A stretch of DNA of 57,731 nucleotides, taken from positions 1 to 57,731 of the IMG/VR virus record IMGVR_UViG_3300022407_003597. One strand, 5' to 3'. The notes beneath the pieces are model-generated. The model ran no database searches, was not told where the DNA came from, and saw nothing but the letters and a program-made list of their open reading frames with translations. Positions within the stretch are counted from its first letter, which is position 1; every line of letters begins with the position of its first letter. Below are positions 38,858 through 46,672 of this stretch, in pieces. Source of the DNA: a virus (lineage: Duplodnaviria > Caudoviricetes). A program made the position numbers and the translations under genes.

Positions 38858-39103
38858 ATGCGTGCGAAATTCAAGGTGACGAATGTGGTAGTGGTCAACA
38901 ACGCTGACCAGAGTCAAGAGACTGTGACCTTCGCGGCGGTTGGCCCCAACACCACCTACCCCGCAGACGGCTCGGACGAGAACAACACGTTTGCCAAGTT
39001 CACGCCGACCGCCGACCTGGTCATGGTGATTCGGAACCCGACGCTGCTGGGCAAGTACCAGGTCGGCCAGACTCACTACGCGGACTTCACGCCTGCCGAC
39101 TGA
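38858..39103 (+). CDS. Hypothetical protein
   Basis: AGGAGA RBS; MRAKF.V, E.NTFAKFTP, Y.DFTPA pattern. Confidence 0.75.
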   Translation: MRAKFKVTNVVVVNNADQSQETVTFAAVGPNTTYPADGSDENNTFAKFTPTADLVMVIRNPTLLGKYQVGQTHYADFTPAD

Positions 39104-39119
39104 GCACACCACGCGTTAG

Positions 39120-39154
39120 AAAAGAGAAGGGGAGCACGATGCTCCCCTTTTTTT
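39120..39154. terminator. Bidirectional terminator between convergent operons
   Basis: AAGGGGAGCA-cga-TGCTCCCCTT with A-rich 5' flank and T run. Confidence 0.85.
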
Positions 39155-39172
39155 ATTGGCCGCTGAAACAGG

Positions 39173-39835
39173 TCACGACCCAACGTCACCTTCCTTCACG
39201 AAGACCCCGGACGGCAGCATGGTGCCCTTGCGATCCTTGATCTGGTCCCAAGCCAGCTCCAGGCACTCCACTGGGTCAATGTCCAGCAGGGCACAGGTGT
39301 TGATCAGGCAGACCAGCACATCACCGACGCCGTCCTTGGTTTCGGCCCTGCGACCCTTCTGGATGGCGTCGGCCAGCTCGCCCATCTCACTGACCATCTT
39401 CATGAACTGTGCAGTCGGCGTGCTGTTGGGGATGATCTTGCGAGCCTCAGCCCAGTGGATCACCTCGCTCTGCAGCGCCTCGAACGAGAAGAAGCTACGT
39501 TGCGCCATGTTGTCTCCCTTGGTTTCGTCAAAGAACTTGAGGTAGTCGACAGGAGTCGTCTTCGACACGCCGACCATCCAGGTAAACGCGGCCTTGGCGG
39601 CGTCCGTCACACCTTGCGGTGAGTTCAAAGCGGTCATCCGCTCGTTGATCTGTTCGAGGGTCAGGTTGAACGCTGCCGCGTTCAGCACCGATCCCATGAC
39701 GTAGGCCGCATGCACCCTCAACGAGTGCGTGTGCAGTTCTTCGTCCTTGATTGGCTCTGCGGGAAGCAGTGCCTCCAGAGCTTTGATCTGCTCCACGATG
39801 AGCAAGGTGCTCACTGGTTTTGCTTCAGAGTTCAT
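39173..39835 (-). CDS. MazG-like nucleotide pyrophosphohydrolase with N-terminal extra domain
   Basis: W...R.I, K..SE.GELA, DG.GD..V, CL..A...IKDRKG in the C-terminal 111 aa. Confidence 0.8.
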   Translation of the reverse strand: MNSEAKPVSTLLIVEQIKALEALLPAEPIKDEELHTHSLRVHAAYVMGSVLNAAAFNLTLEQINERMTALNSPQGVTDAAKAAFTWMVGVSKTTPVDYLKFFDETKGDNMAQRSFFSFEALQSEVIHWAEARKIIPNSTPTAQFMKMVSEMGELADAIQKGRRAETKDGVGDVLVCLINTCALLDIDPVECLELAWDQIKDRKGTMLPSGVFVKEGDVGS

Positions 39836-40049
39836 CGTCGGCCTCCTGTTCCAGCTCGGGTGCGCGGTCCATCATGTACTGGCCCACGGCACGACTGATC
39901 TCGGCCACTTGCGAGGTGTCCCAGTAGACGCCACGGAAGCCCCTGCCATCGGGGCGCGCCACGGGGGTGAAGCCAAGCTGCTTGATCAGGTCGGACGTGA
40001 CCGCGACGTTCAGCTTGGCGTTGAGTTCGGATGTGGAAATGGTGCTCAT
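39825..40049 (-). CDS. Hypothetical protein (ends ADDEL)
   Basis: AGGAGA RBS, 74-aa ORF. Confidence 0.75.
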   Translation of the reverse strand: MSTISTSELNAKLNVAVTSDLIKQLGFTPVARPDGRGFRGVYWDTSQVAEISRAVGQYMMDRAPELEQEADDEL

Positions 40050-40058
40050 GTGCTCTCC

Positions 40059-40511
40059 TTAAGAATGAGGGTTGGGTTCCGGGGTGAGAGGTGGTTGTGC
40101 ATTGGGGACGATGCCGCCAGTCACGTTTCTCGGCGGCGGCGGAGAAGGTGCTTTTGGGTAGCCGTTACCACCGCCGCCGCTGCCCGCGAACTGACCGTCG
40201 TTCGCCACAATACACAGCCGGCCTTGGTCAGATGGCGGCTCCTGTGCCTCCAGGTAGATCACGATCCCGGCCAGGTAGTTGATCGCGCCAAGCAGTTCGT
40301 TGATCTTGCGATCGGTCGTGGGCAGGTTCAGCCCTTCCTGGATTTTCTTGATAGCCTGGAAGGCCATGCCGCGTTCGCTGCGCAACAGACGGCTGATGGT
40401 CTGCATGGGCTGCTCTTCGAACGGCAAGCCGCCTGCGTGACGCTCTGCACCCTTGCCCTCGGCGGCTTGAGCGTAGGCCATGTCGAGGACACGGCGTAGT
40501 GATTGGTACAT
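40059..40511 (-). CDS. Phage hypothetical protein, all-alpha
   Basis: GKG.ERHA...PF..Q, QA.KK..E, ELLGAINYLA pattern; Pro/Gly tail. Confidence 0.75.
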   Translation of the reverse strand: MYQSLRRVLDMAYAQAAEGKGAERHAGGLPFEEQPMQTISRLLRSERGMAFQAIKKIQEGLNLPTTDRKINELLGAINYLAGIVIYLEAQEPPSDQGRLCIVANDGQFAGSGGGGNGYPKAPSPPPPRNVTGGIVPNAQPPLTPEPNPHS

Positions 40512-40513
40512 GA

Positions 40514-40783
40514 TTAAAGGTCCTCGTTGAGTTGAACGTCGCTTTGCGACAAGACAACGACCTGACTGACGTTCTCACTGATCTTGTCAGTTGTCAGGCC
40601 GAAGAATGCTTTGACACGCTCAACGTCCTTGCCGTTGTTGCACATCACCGCAAACTGAAGCACGCCATGTTCGTCTTGCACCGTGACGGCCTTGGCGTCC
40701 AGGGCATAGCCGTTGGTGCGCTTGTGAAACAGACCGATCACCTCGACCTGGATCATGTGCGATGCCAATGTCTCAGAACTCAT
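40514..40783 (-). CDS. Hypothetical protein (ends NEDL)
   Basis: Tightly packed ORF with ATGA overlap. Confidence 0.7.
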   Translation of the reverse strand: MSSETLASHMIQVEVIGLFHKRTNGYALDAKAVTVQDEHGVLQFAVMCNNGKDVERVKAFFGLTTDKISENVSQVVVLSQSDVQLNEDL

Positions 40784-40992
40784 AGTTCATCATCCTCTCG
40801 GCCGAAGTGGCACCCATCTTTGGTGCTGACAATTGGTGCCTTGAAAATCAGGTGGTGGTTGCCGGTGGGCGAGTTGCGCGGCTCAGTCCAAGGTGGGAAG
40901 ACCAGATGACAAAGGCCAATCCCCGCCTTTGCGTCCGTCAACTCGAACATGGCGCAACTGCCGCACCTGACGACCGCCGTGGGTGTTCTCAC
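40780..40992 (-). CDS. Small Cys-rich protein (ends EDDEL)
   Basis: GTG start overlapping the upstream stop; CGSC..C..C. Confidence 0.65.
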   Translation of the reverse strand: MRTPTAVVRCGSCAMFELTDAKAGIGLCHLVFPPWTEPRNSPTGNHHLIFKAPIVSTKDGCHFGREDDEL

Positions 40993-41159
40993 GGGAGCCA
41001 GCGCGACAAGAGCGAGAGAGCCATGCCGATGGCGTAGAGCGTGAAGACGGCGGCGTATGCCGCGCTCTTGGCTCGACCTGTTGCCATGTTGGCGATCAGA
41101 ATGACAAGCCAGAAGGCTGTCCAGAAGATTGGGACCAGTGTCCAAAGTTGAATAGTCAT
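40989..41159 (-). CDS. Small two-TM membrane protein (56 aa, below ORF-track cutoff)
   Basis: MTIQLWTLVPIFWTAFWLVILIANMATGRAKSAAYAAVFTLYAIGMALSLLSRWLP; overlaps at both ends. Confidence 0.65.
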   Translation of the reverse strand: MTIQLWTLVPIFWTAFWLVILIANMATGRAKSAAYAAVFTLYAIGMALSLLSRWLP

Positions 41160-41704
41160 AGCTCATCGTCCTCGTTGGTGGTTGAAAGTCGTTTGAAACA
41201 CCCGGCGATCTGTCGAGCCTGGTGCTTGGCATCGTCCATGGCATTGTGAGGTGTGCCTGAGAACTCGATGCCTGGATCGCCCGCCGTGTCCATCAGCGTG
41301 CGAAGATCACGGATATTCCAGAACTTCCACGGTGGTATCAAGCCGTTGCCGGCCACGTCGTAAGCGTGCTCCAGGATCGTCGCTCCGTTACCCCAGACAC
41401 GCACACTGGCCGTGCCATGTGCGCGCATGAAATCAGCCAGGCCCATCAGAACGTCACGCAGGGGCAGCTTGTTCGATGACTGCGAAAACAGTTCCTTAGC
41501 CTTCGGACCTTGCGTGATCCACCAGGCGACGGTGCTGCCGTTGACATTGCCGTACTTGACGGCTTCGGCAAAATCGACCTCAGCGTAGAACTCCTGGGCC
41601 AGCTTGCCAGTTGTGCGGTTGAACATCACCGCGCCGACCGAGAGCACTGCGGCGTTGTAGCCGGTGCCTAGGGTTTCAATGTCGATTGAGCAATCTTCTT
41701 GCAT
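41156..41704 (-). CDS. DEDDh 3'-5' exonuclease (DUF5051/Rv2179c-like), ends EDDEL
   Basis: DIETLG, WGNGA, PW.FW..RD.RT, HNA.DDA..QA; ExoII FD appears missing. Confidence 0.85.
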   Translation of the reverse strand: MQEDCSIDIETLGTGYNAAVLSVGAVMFNRTTGKLAQEFYAEVDFAEAVKYGNVNGSTVAWWITQGPKAKELFSQSSNKLPLRDVLMGLADFMRAHGTASVRVWGNGATILEHAYDVAGNGLIPPWKFWNIRDLRTLMDTAGDPGIEFSGTPHNAMDDAKHQARQIAGCFKRLSTTNEDDEL

Positions 41705-41832
41705 TTCGTCTCCAGGTTTTTGATCTGTCGTTCGATCTGTAGCGCGGTGGCGGTCAACCCGAAACGAACCATCGTCGCATGCTTCGTTCGAAGCTCCTGC
41801 AGCCGTCGTTCGAGTTGGGCCAGCGTGCTCAC
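41668..41832 (-). CDS. Small coiled-coil protein (54 aa)
   Basis: MSTLAQLERRLQELRTKH...; GTGA overlap with upstream gene; fills the gap. Confidence 0.55.
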   Translation of the reverse strand: MSTLAQLERRLQELRTKHATMVRFGLTATALQIERQIKNLETKCKKIAQSTLKP

Positions 41833-42158
41833 GACATGGAACTCCAGCGGGCAACCGATGTGTCGCCTCGGTTATATGTTCCACGGAACATCCGGCCGCT
41901 GTGGTCCATCAAGTAGATGGCGATCCCGACAGGTGTGAAGTCGTCGATGGGGAGCCAGGTCAGCTCCGTGGTCGGTATGTGGTTGTCCACGATGGCGCGG
42001 GCCAGCGCGTAAGTCATCTTGTCACGCAACGGCACGCGGGCGTCCTGCTGATCGTGTAAGGTGATGCTGCCGAGGGTTGAGCTGCGAACGATCAGCTCGT
42101 CGTCGGTCCCTCCTGGTGAGATGACAGTCATATCTCCGATGATGACGATGCGACTCAT
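41829..42158 (-). CDS. Hypothetical protein
   Basis: ATGA overlap; W.PI....P pattern. Confidence 0.65.
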   Translation of the reverse strand: MSRIVIIGDMTVISPGGTDDELIVRSSTLGSITLHDQQDARVPLRDKMTYALARAIVDNHIPTTELTWLPIDDFTPVGIAIYLMDHSGRMFRGTYNRGDTSVARWSSMS

Positions 42159-42466
42159 AGTTCGTCGTCCCCTTCCATGATCGTCTCAAGCATCACAAAG
42201 CCGTTGGACAGTTCCTTGCGCTTCTTGTCGATCCACTTGCCTTTGTAAGTCCCGAGAGCTGCGAACTCATGGGCGTCAACCCATTGCATGATGCATACGT
42301 TGGCCTCAGTGGAGAGAGTGAGCCGCCCTCGCTTGACGCCAAGCAGCGCGGTCTTGTGGATCAACGGTACACCAGCCTCGTTCAATGCCTGGCACACAGC
42401 CAGGGAGGCTACTGACGTGCTCTGCATTGTCTTCAGATCGTTGTAAGACTTGCTGATGGTGATCAC
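42155..42466 (-). CDS. Hypothetical protein (ends GDDEL)
   Basis: AGGAGA RBS, GTGA overlap. Confidence 0.7.
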   Translation of the reverse strand: MITISKSYNDLKTMQSTSVASLAVCQALNEAGVPLIHKTALLGVKRGRLTLSTEANVCIMQWVDAHEFAALGTYKGKWIDKKRKELSNGFVMLETIMEGDDEL

Positions 42467-42678
42467 TTCTTCGTCTCCTTGATCAGGGCCTCGACACCCT
42501 GAGGTGTGATTCGGAATTGACCGTTTTCAACGGCAATGACGAGCCCTCGTTTGCGCAGTGAGGAAATGCCGTCCAGGTAGGCCGTCTGCCCTTTGCTCTG
42601 AATGTCCTTCAAAGCCGATTTCGCCTGTGAGTTCAAACGTCGCACTGGTTGTCCTTTCCGTTTGGTGCAGTATATCAC
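42463..42678 (-). CDS. Small basic winged-helix-like protein
   Basis: SL.KRGLV......F.IT..G..AL. Confidence 0.6.
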   Translation of the reverse strand: MIYCTKRKGQPVRRLNSQAKSALKDIQSKGQTAYLDGISSLRKRGLVIAVENGQFRITPQGVEALIKETKK

Positions 42679-42955
42679 GCGGTCAAGTCAGGGTTCAACA
42701 TATCGACGAACTCGCCGTTGTAAGTACCCGTCAGCTTGACCCAAGGCCCAGGCGGGTGGTTCTTGCCGTCCCACTGCACCAGAGCCTTGGCGGCATCGCT
42801 CATATGAGGGTAACAATAGCGACGTTCGTAGGTGCTGCCACCGTTGCCGTCAAGCGTGATGCCGACGACTATCGCGGTGGTGTAGATGAAGGTGCCGAAT
42901 GCCAGTTGGCGAGAGCCAGCATGTTGATCATCTCTTGATCCGTAAAGGTGGTCAC
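42675..42955 (-). pseudogene. Apparently frameshifted phage gene
   Basis: RBS plus GTG at 42955 gives MTTFTDQEMINMLALANWH then an early stop, while the RRYCY...AL..WDG..HPPGPW body is in another frame with no start of its own. Confidence 0.5.
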
Positions 42956-43284
42956 AACATCTCTCCGTTGTTGGTGATGAACTCGATTGCCTCATGGCAT
43001 GTTGTCGGAAGACCGCGCCGGTACATGCGCTGATAGAGCGTCGTGAGGCCGATCTTTTGCTGTTTGGCGATCTCCTTGAGTGAGGCACCGAACGCCAGCG
43101 ATCGAATCACGTCGTTGACGAACTTGTCCTTGGCATTGGCGTCCGATTGCAAATCGGTCAGCCCCAATACCGACGCAGTGATACGGATGGAGACGGACGG
43201 CCATCCAGTCTGCCGCGCAACCTCGGCCCAGGTGACGCCGTTGGCCTTGTAGTTGCGCAGCTCAGCTTCGGTCAACGTTCGCAT
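42952..43284 (-). CDS. Double HTH DNA-binding protein
   Basis: TWAEVARQTGW and SLKEIAKQQKIGLTTLY HTH patterns. Confidence 0.7.
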   Translation of the reverse strand: MRTLTEAELRNYKANGVTWAEVARQTGWPSVSIRITASVLGLTDLQSDANAKDKFVNDVIRSLAFGASLKEIAKQQKIGLTTLYQRMYRRGLPTTCHEAIEFITNNGEML

Positions 43285-43730
43285 GTGCGGTAGTCCAAGG
43301 TGAAGACCGGGATGGTGTTCGACGGTGCGCTGGCGGGGATCAGACACAGGTCGATCAGGGCCAGGACGTTCTCGATGCACGGGTTTAGCTGAGACCTCGT
43401 AATGAAAACGTTGTCGAGACGGACCTGTTCAAACTCATTCGTTCTGACCAGGGCGACGTGTGGATGCACCACGGTGAAAACCTCGGAGGCCCAGTCATTT
43501 CCGATGAGACGGCCGGCGTGACGCCAATGCTCGACACCCAAGAACACACTTGTCTCTTCGTAAAACTCGCGTGACATGGCTTGCACAGCAGTTTCACCAG
43601 GCTCGATCTTGCCGCCGATGCCGTTGATACGGCCTTCTTGCCACTTCGGCTTTTTCTTCTCGATCAAGGCCACACGGCGATACAGACCGACTTCAGGAGT
43701 GAAGGCAAAGCCTAAGACGTATTTGATCAT
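43272..43730 (-). CDS. Nudix hydrolase
   Basis: Nudix box GGKIEPGETAVQAMSREFYEETSV. Confidence 0.9.
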   Translation of the reverse strand: MIKYVLGFAFTPEVGLYRRVALIEKKKPKWQEGRINGIGGKIEPGETAVQAMSREFYEETSVFLGVEHWRHAGRLIGNDWASEVFTVVHPHVALVRTNEFEQVRLDNVFITRSQLNPCIENVLALIDLCLIPASAPSNTIPVFTLDYRTCER

Positions 43731-43957
43731 ATTGAACCGTACCTTTCATTGCAGATTGAACAGTAGCCGGTGCCGTCAGCGAACAGAACCATGTTGTCAG
43801 CCCCGTGCTTTTGACATTCAGGCAGATGTGAGCGCAAATCACGATCGGACCATGCGTGACGACGATGCGGGCAATCAACGTGGCTGCACTCCGAGCGCGC
43901 TCCGTTCATGCGTTCATGATTACGGTGGCAGATTTCACAGGGATGCTTCATTGCCAA
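43727..43957 (-). CDS. Small Zn-finger-like protein
   Basis: Multiple CxxC / CxxH motifs. Confidence 0.6.
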   Translation of the reverse strand: MAMKHPCEICHRNHERMNGARSECSHVDCPHRRHAWSDRDLRSHLPECQKHGADNMVLFADGTGYCSICNERYGSI

Positions 43958-44181
43958 GCCCAGTGCGTTTGATGGCCGCTCGCCAACACAGGACGGGCCA
44001 GGCGGGTGTTCGGTGGGTTGGATACCACGGCAACCTCATTGCAGCGAGTCCACTGCTGGCCCTTGCCAACGAAGAAGCCGGTTCGAACCTTGTCGACCAG
44101 CACCTCTCGTCCGTCCGCCATTCGAACTGTAGAGCCCTTGCGAACGATGGAGGCGCGGGTAATGTCGAGGTTGGAGTACAC
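43948..44181 (-). CDS. Hypothetical protein
   Basis: GGAGGA RBS, GTG start, fills the gap. Confidence 0.55.
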   Translation of the reverse strand: MYSNLDITRASIVRKGSTVRMADGREVLVDKVRTGFFVGKGQQWTRCNEVAVVSNPPNTRLARPVLASGHQTHWAWQ

Positions 44182-44182
44182 G

Positions 44183-44656
44183 TCAGAAGTCCTCCAGCGC
44201 CTGCGAGTACGGAACGAAGAGCGGATGACGAGGCGCGCCCCTCTTCGTTCGTCCCAGACACTTGACTTCTACGCCAGTTCCTCGAATGATGCCCATCACT
44301 CGATCAACGCGCTCTTCTGGAACAGGGTTTGCACCCCATCCGCACACGACAGTGCGAACCTGGCACATTATCCGCTCTAGCATCTCATCATCGTCCCGAT
44401 GAACTGGATACCCAGCCTGCCGAAGATCGGCCGGCTTCGTTGCGCGGTAGCTGAAGAGGTTGCCAACAACGATGCCGCCGAAACCAAGACGATCCGCAAA
44501 GCCAATGTCGCGAATGATCGTAGGATCGTTCTTGTCAGCGTCCGCAGTGCTCGGGTTGAGCATGACGAAACCAAGTGTCGGCAGCATCGGGTCCCATCTA
44601 CGACCGAGGGTGAAGCGATGCCGCTGGTCAGCAGAAAATTGTGCCCATTTTTGCAT
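44183..44656 (-). CDS. DUF1643 family protein
   Basis: R..L.R.W, FVMLNPSTAD...DPT, NLF..RAT.P, WG, P.HPL. Confidence 0.88.
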   Translation of the reverse strand: MQKWAQFSADQRHRFTLGRRWDPMLPTLGFVMLNPSTADADKNDPTIIRDIGFADRLGFGGIVVGNLFSYRATKPADLRQAGYPVHRDDDEMLERIMCQVRTVVCGWGANPVPEERVDRVMGIIRGTGVEVKCLGRTKRGAPRHPLFVPYSQALEDF

Positions 44657-44667
44657 GTCAGATTCTC

Positions 44668-45036
44668 CTAGCTGCAGGAACGAATGGCGTCGGGGCTGAT
44701 CATGCGAGGGTTGTATCGCACGCCAGGGATTGTCGGGTGAGGGATCAGTTCAGCTCCGATGTGGGGATCGATCGACTTGAAACCGCCGCGATGAACGCCG
44801 TCCAATGATGGATGGAATTGTCCACCCGACCCGCCGCCACCGAATGCAAACCACGAAGAGCACGACATATCTTCGTAGGAAAGGCGCAAGGCGTCGGCCA
44901 TGCCCTTGACCATGCCCCGAACGCAATAGCGTATCGCCCACTCCCGCTCCATTTCAGCCAACGCCTTCTGGGCCGACTGTTCGATGCCACGGTTGATGCG
45001 GCGCTTGGCAACCTCTGCCATGACGTGGTAGCTCAT
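44668..45036 (-). CDS. Hypothetical protein
   Basis: AGGAG RBS, 122 aa. Confidence 0.65.
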   Translation of the reverse strand: MSYHVMAEVAKRRINRGIEQSAQKALAEMEREWAIRYCVRGMVKGMADALRLSYEDMSCSSWFAFGGGGSGGQFHPSLDGVHRGGFKSIDPHIGAELIPHPTIPGVRYNPRMISPDAIRSCS

Positions 45037-45039
45037 AGA

Positions 45040-45534
45040 TCACTCCTTGAAGCCAGCAGCCTTGAACATTTTCACCACATCGACCTCGCCGACGTTCTTT
45101 TCGCTTGCCTTCTTCTCAGTGGCAGCTACTGCCATCGGCTCGGGCAGATACCGCTCGAACGCAGGCCAGCGCTTGCGAACGCCCGCCCAGGTGCTGACGG
45201 TACGAAGAGATTGTTCGAGGGTTCTCTGCAGCAGTCCGTGATGCTGATCTTGCTTGCGCTTGAGATCGCCCATTCTTTGTATCTTCGCCATGATCTGTTT
45301 GGGAACAAGAACATTGTTGTTGTACGGAACCATCAGGTAGAGGCCGTGGTAGACGTGTTGTTCATACGCGATCAAATCTTCATGCTTGATCAGCATTTCA
45401 GCCAATTCCTTGGGCAAAATCGCGTGAAGGTCTTCCGTGATGAGCTTGCAGGCCAGCTCTTCATAGTCAACCTTGGGCAGTGCGTGCATCACTTGCTTGA
45501 CGAATAGCGCCTTGTCGCCTTGTGTTAGTTTCAT
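45040..45534 (-). CDS. Hypothetical protein, possibly Nmad5-like
   Basis: MKLT start and L...L....T.......WP....YLP C-terminal pattern; family assignment from memory. Confidence 0.55.
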   Translation of the reverse strand: MKLTQGDKALFVKQVMHALPKVDYEELACKLITEDLHAILPKELAEMLIKHEDLIAYEQHVYHGLYLMVPYNNNVLVPKQIMAKIQRMGDLKRKQDQHHGLLQRTLEQSLRTVSTWAGVRKRWPAFERYLPEPMAVAATEKKASEKNVGEVDVVKMFKAAGFKE

Positions 45535-45549
45535 GCTTATCTCCAGTGA

Positions 45550-45816
45550 TTAATCAATCAATGTGACGTGTGCTGACCACCACTTGTTGGTCTTGCCGCT
45601 TTTGAAGTTGCGAACCAACAACCGCGCACCGAAGAAATCGTGGCCGACAACTTCGCCACGGAAGCAAACGTTGTTGTGGCTGTTAACCTCGACAGTGCTG
45701 TTCAACGGGTACGCGTTTCGCAGAGCAAGTGTCAACTCTTTTTCGGCCTTGCGAACAGCTACGTAGGCTTGTCCTACCGGGGATGCGTTCCAAATTTCAT
45801 GGTAGTCAGGGCTCAT
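45550..45816 (-). CDS. Hypothetical protein (SH3-like C-terminus)
   Basis: TGATG overlap with upstream gene. Confidence 0.65.
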   Translation of the reverse strand: MSPDYHEIWNASPVGQAYVAVRKAEKELTLALRNAYPLNSTVEVNSHNNVCFRGEVVGHDFFGARLLVRNFKSGKTNKWWSAHVTLID

Positions 45817-46103
45817 CACAGCTCGCCCCCCTCGTCCGTCATGCGCGGCGGCGCGCCCTCGGGCCAGTACAGCGTCCAAACGATCTGCGCGGCCTCCAGC
45901 TCGGCCGGCAGCAGGGCGATCTCTGCTGCCTGCGCTGCGTCCGTATCTGCCGCCACCGGCTCAGACCAATGCAGGCCGTTCCACCAGCGCCAGATGTTTT
46001 GCCGATAGCGCCCGATGATGCTGGATTGATACCAGCCCGGGCGAGGGGGATGGCCGCTGAACCAGCGCATCCCGTTGAAAAATCCGTGATAGTTGGGCAG
46101 CAT
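45816..46103 (-). CDS. Trp-rich hypothetical protein (ends EGGEL)
   Basis: AGGAGA RBS; PP.PGWY, WRWWNG..WS. Confidence 0.7.
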   Translation of the reverse strand: MLPNYHGFFNGMRWFSGHPPRPGWYQSSIIGRYRQNIWRWWNGLHWSEPVAADTDAAQAAEIALLPAELEAAQIVWTLYWPEGAPPRMTDEGGEL

Positions 46104-46112
46104 GGTGTCTCC

Positions 46113-46433
46113 TTAGCCTCTGCAGGCTTTGCGGTGCTTGGCCTGATTGCGCTTCTTCAGGGCCATGCGCTGCACATGCCTGTTGCTCCAGCCCGGGCCG
46201 GCGCGGCGGAAGTCCTTTCCAGTCAGGCCCGATGCGCCCCTGATAAGCCGTCGTGAGTTGATGAGGGCCAGACGTTCGAGCAGGGTCGCGGCAGGCGCTG
46301 ACTTGCCGTTGTTGACCGGACTGCGGGCCTGGGTTTCACTCGCAGCCCTCGTTACCGTAGGCGGCAATGCCATCGCACTCAGACCGGCCAATGCCGCGAG
46401 CAGGGCTGTACTTCTTCCATAACGCATCTTCAT
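46113..46433 (-). CDS. Basic hypothetical protein with hydrophobic N-terminus
   Basis: AGGAGA RBS; ends QRMALKKRNQAKHRKA. Confidence 0.65.
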   Translation of the reverse strand: MKMRYGRSTALLAALAGLSAMALPPTVTRAASETQARSPVNNGKSAPAATLLERLALINSRRLIRGASGLTGKDFRRAGPGWSNRHVQRMALKKRNQAKHRKACRG

Positions 46434-46477
46434 TTCTCCTTCGGTTGATGAACTTGGTACGGGCACTTAGATTGAAT

Positions 46478-46672
46478 CTAAGTCTCCTTCGGGGTGCGCT
46501 CCAACAGCTTGTCGAATCGCTCTTTCCACTCGACCACGGCCTGCTCAGCAAGCGTGGCACGGGTTCGGTATGCATCGCACTGAATTTGTATCTGGCTCCG
46601 TGTCGTTTGTTCTTCGCGCAGCCAGCGCCGCAGATTTGCGATGGTGGTTTTATCGCTGGGTGGTTTGCTCAT
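46478..46672 (-). CDS. Small coiled-coil protein
   Basis: ATGA overlap. Confidence 0.65.
   Translation of the reverse strand: MSKPPSDKTTIANLRRWLREEQTTRSQIQIQCDAYRTRATLAEQAVVEWKERFDKLLERTPKET

Noticed and set aside
40780-41244. 154-aa ORF as listed in the track
   Set aside because: Better explained as two coupled genes (40989..41159 membrane protein and 40780..40992)
39173-45534. Hypermodified-base pathway (dZ, 7-deazaguanine, hmU)
   Set aside because: No PurZ, Que/DpdA, thymidylate-synthase-like or glycosyltransferase motifs seen; MazG and Nudix alone are insufficient
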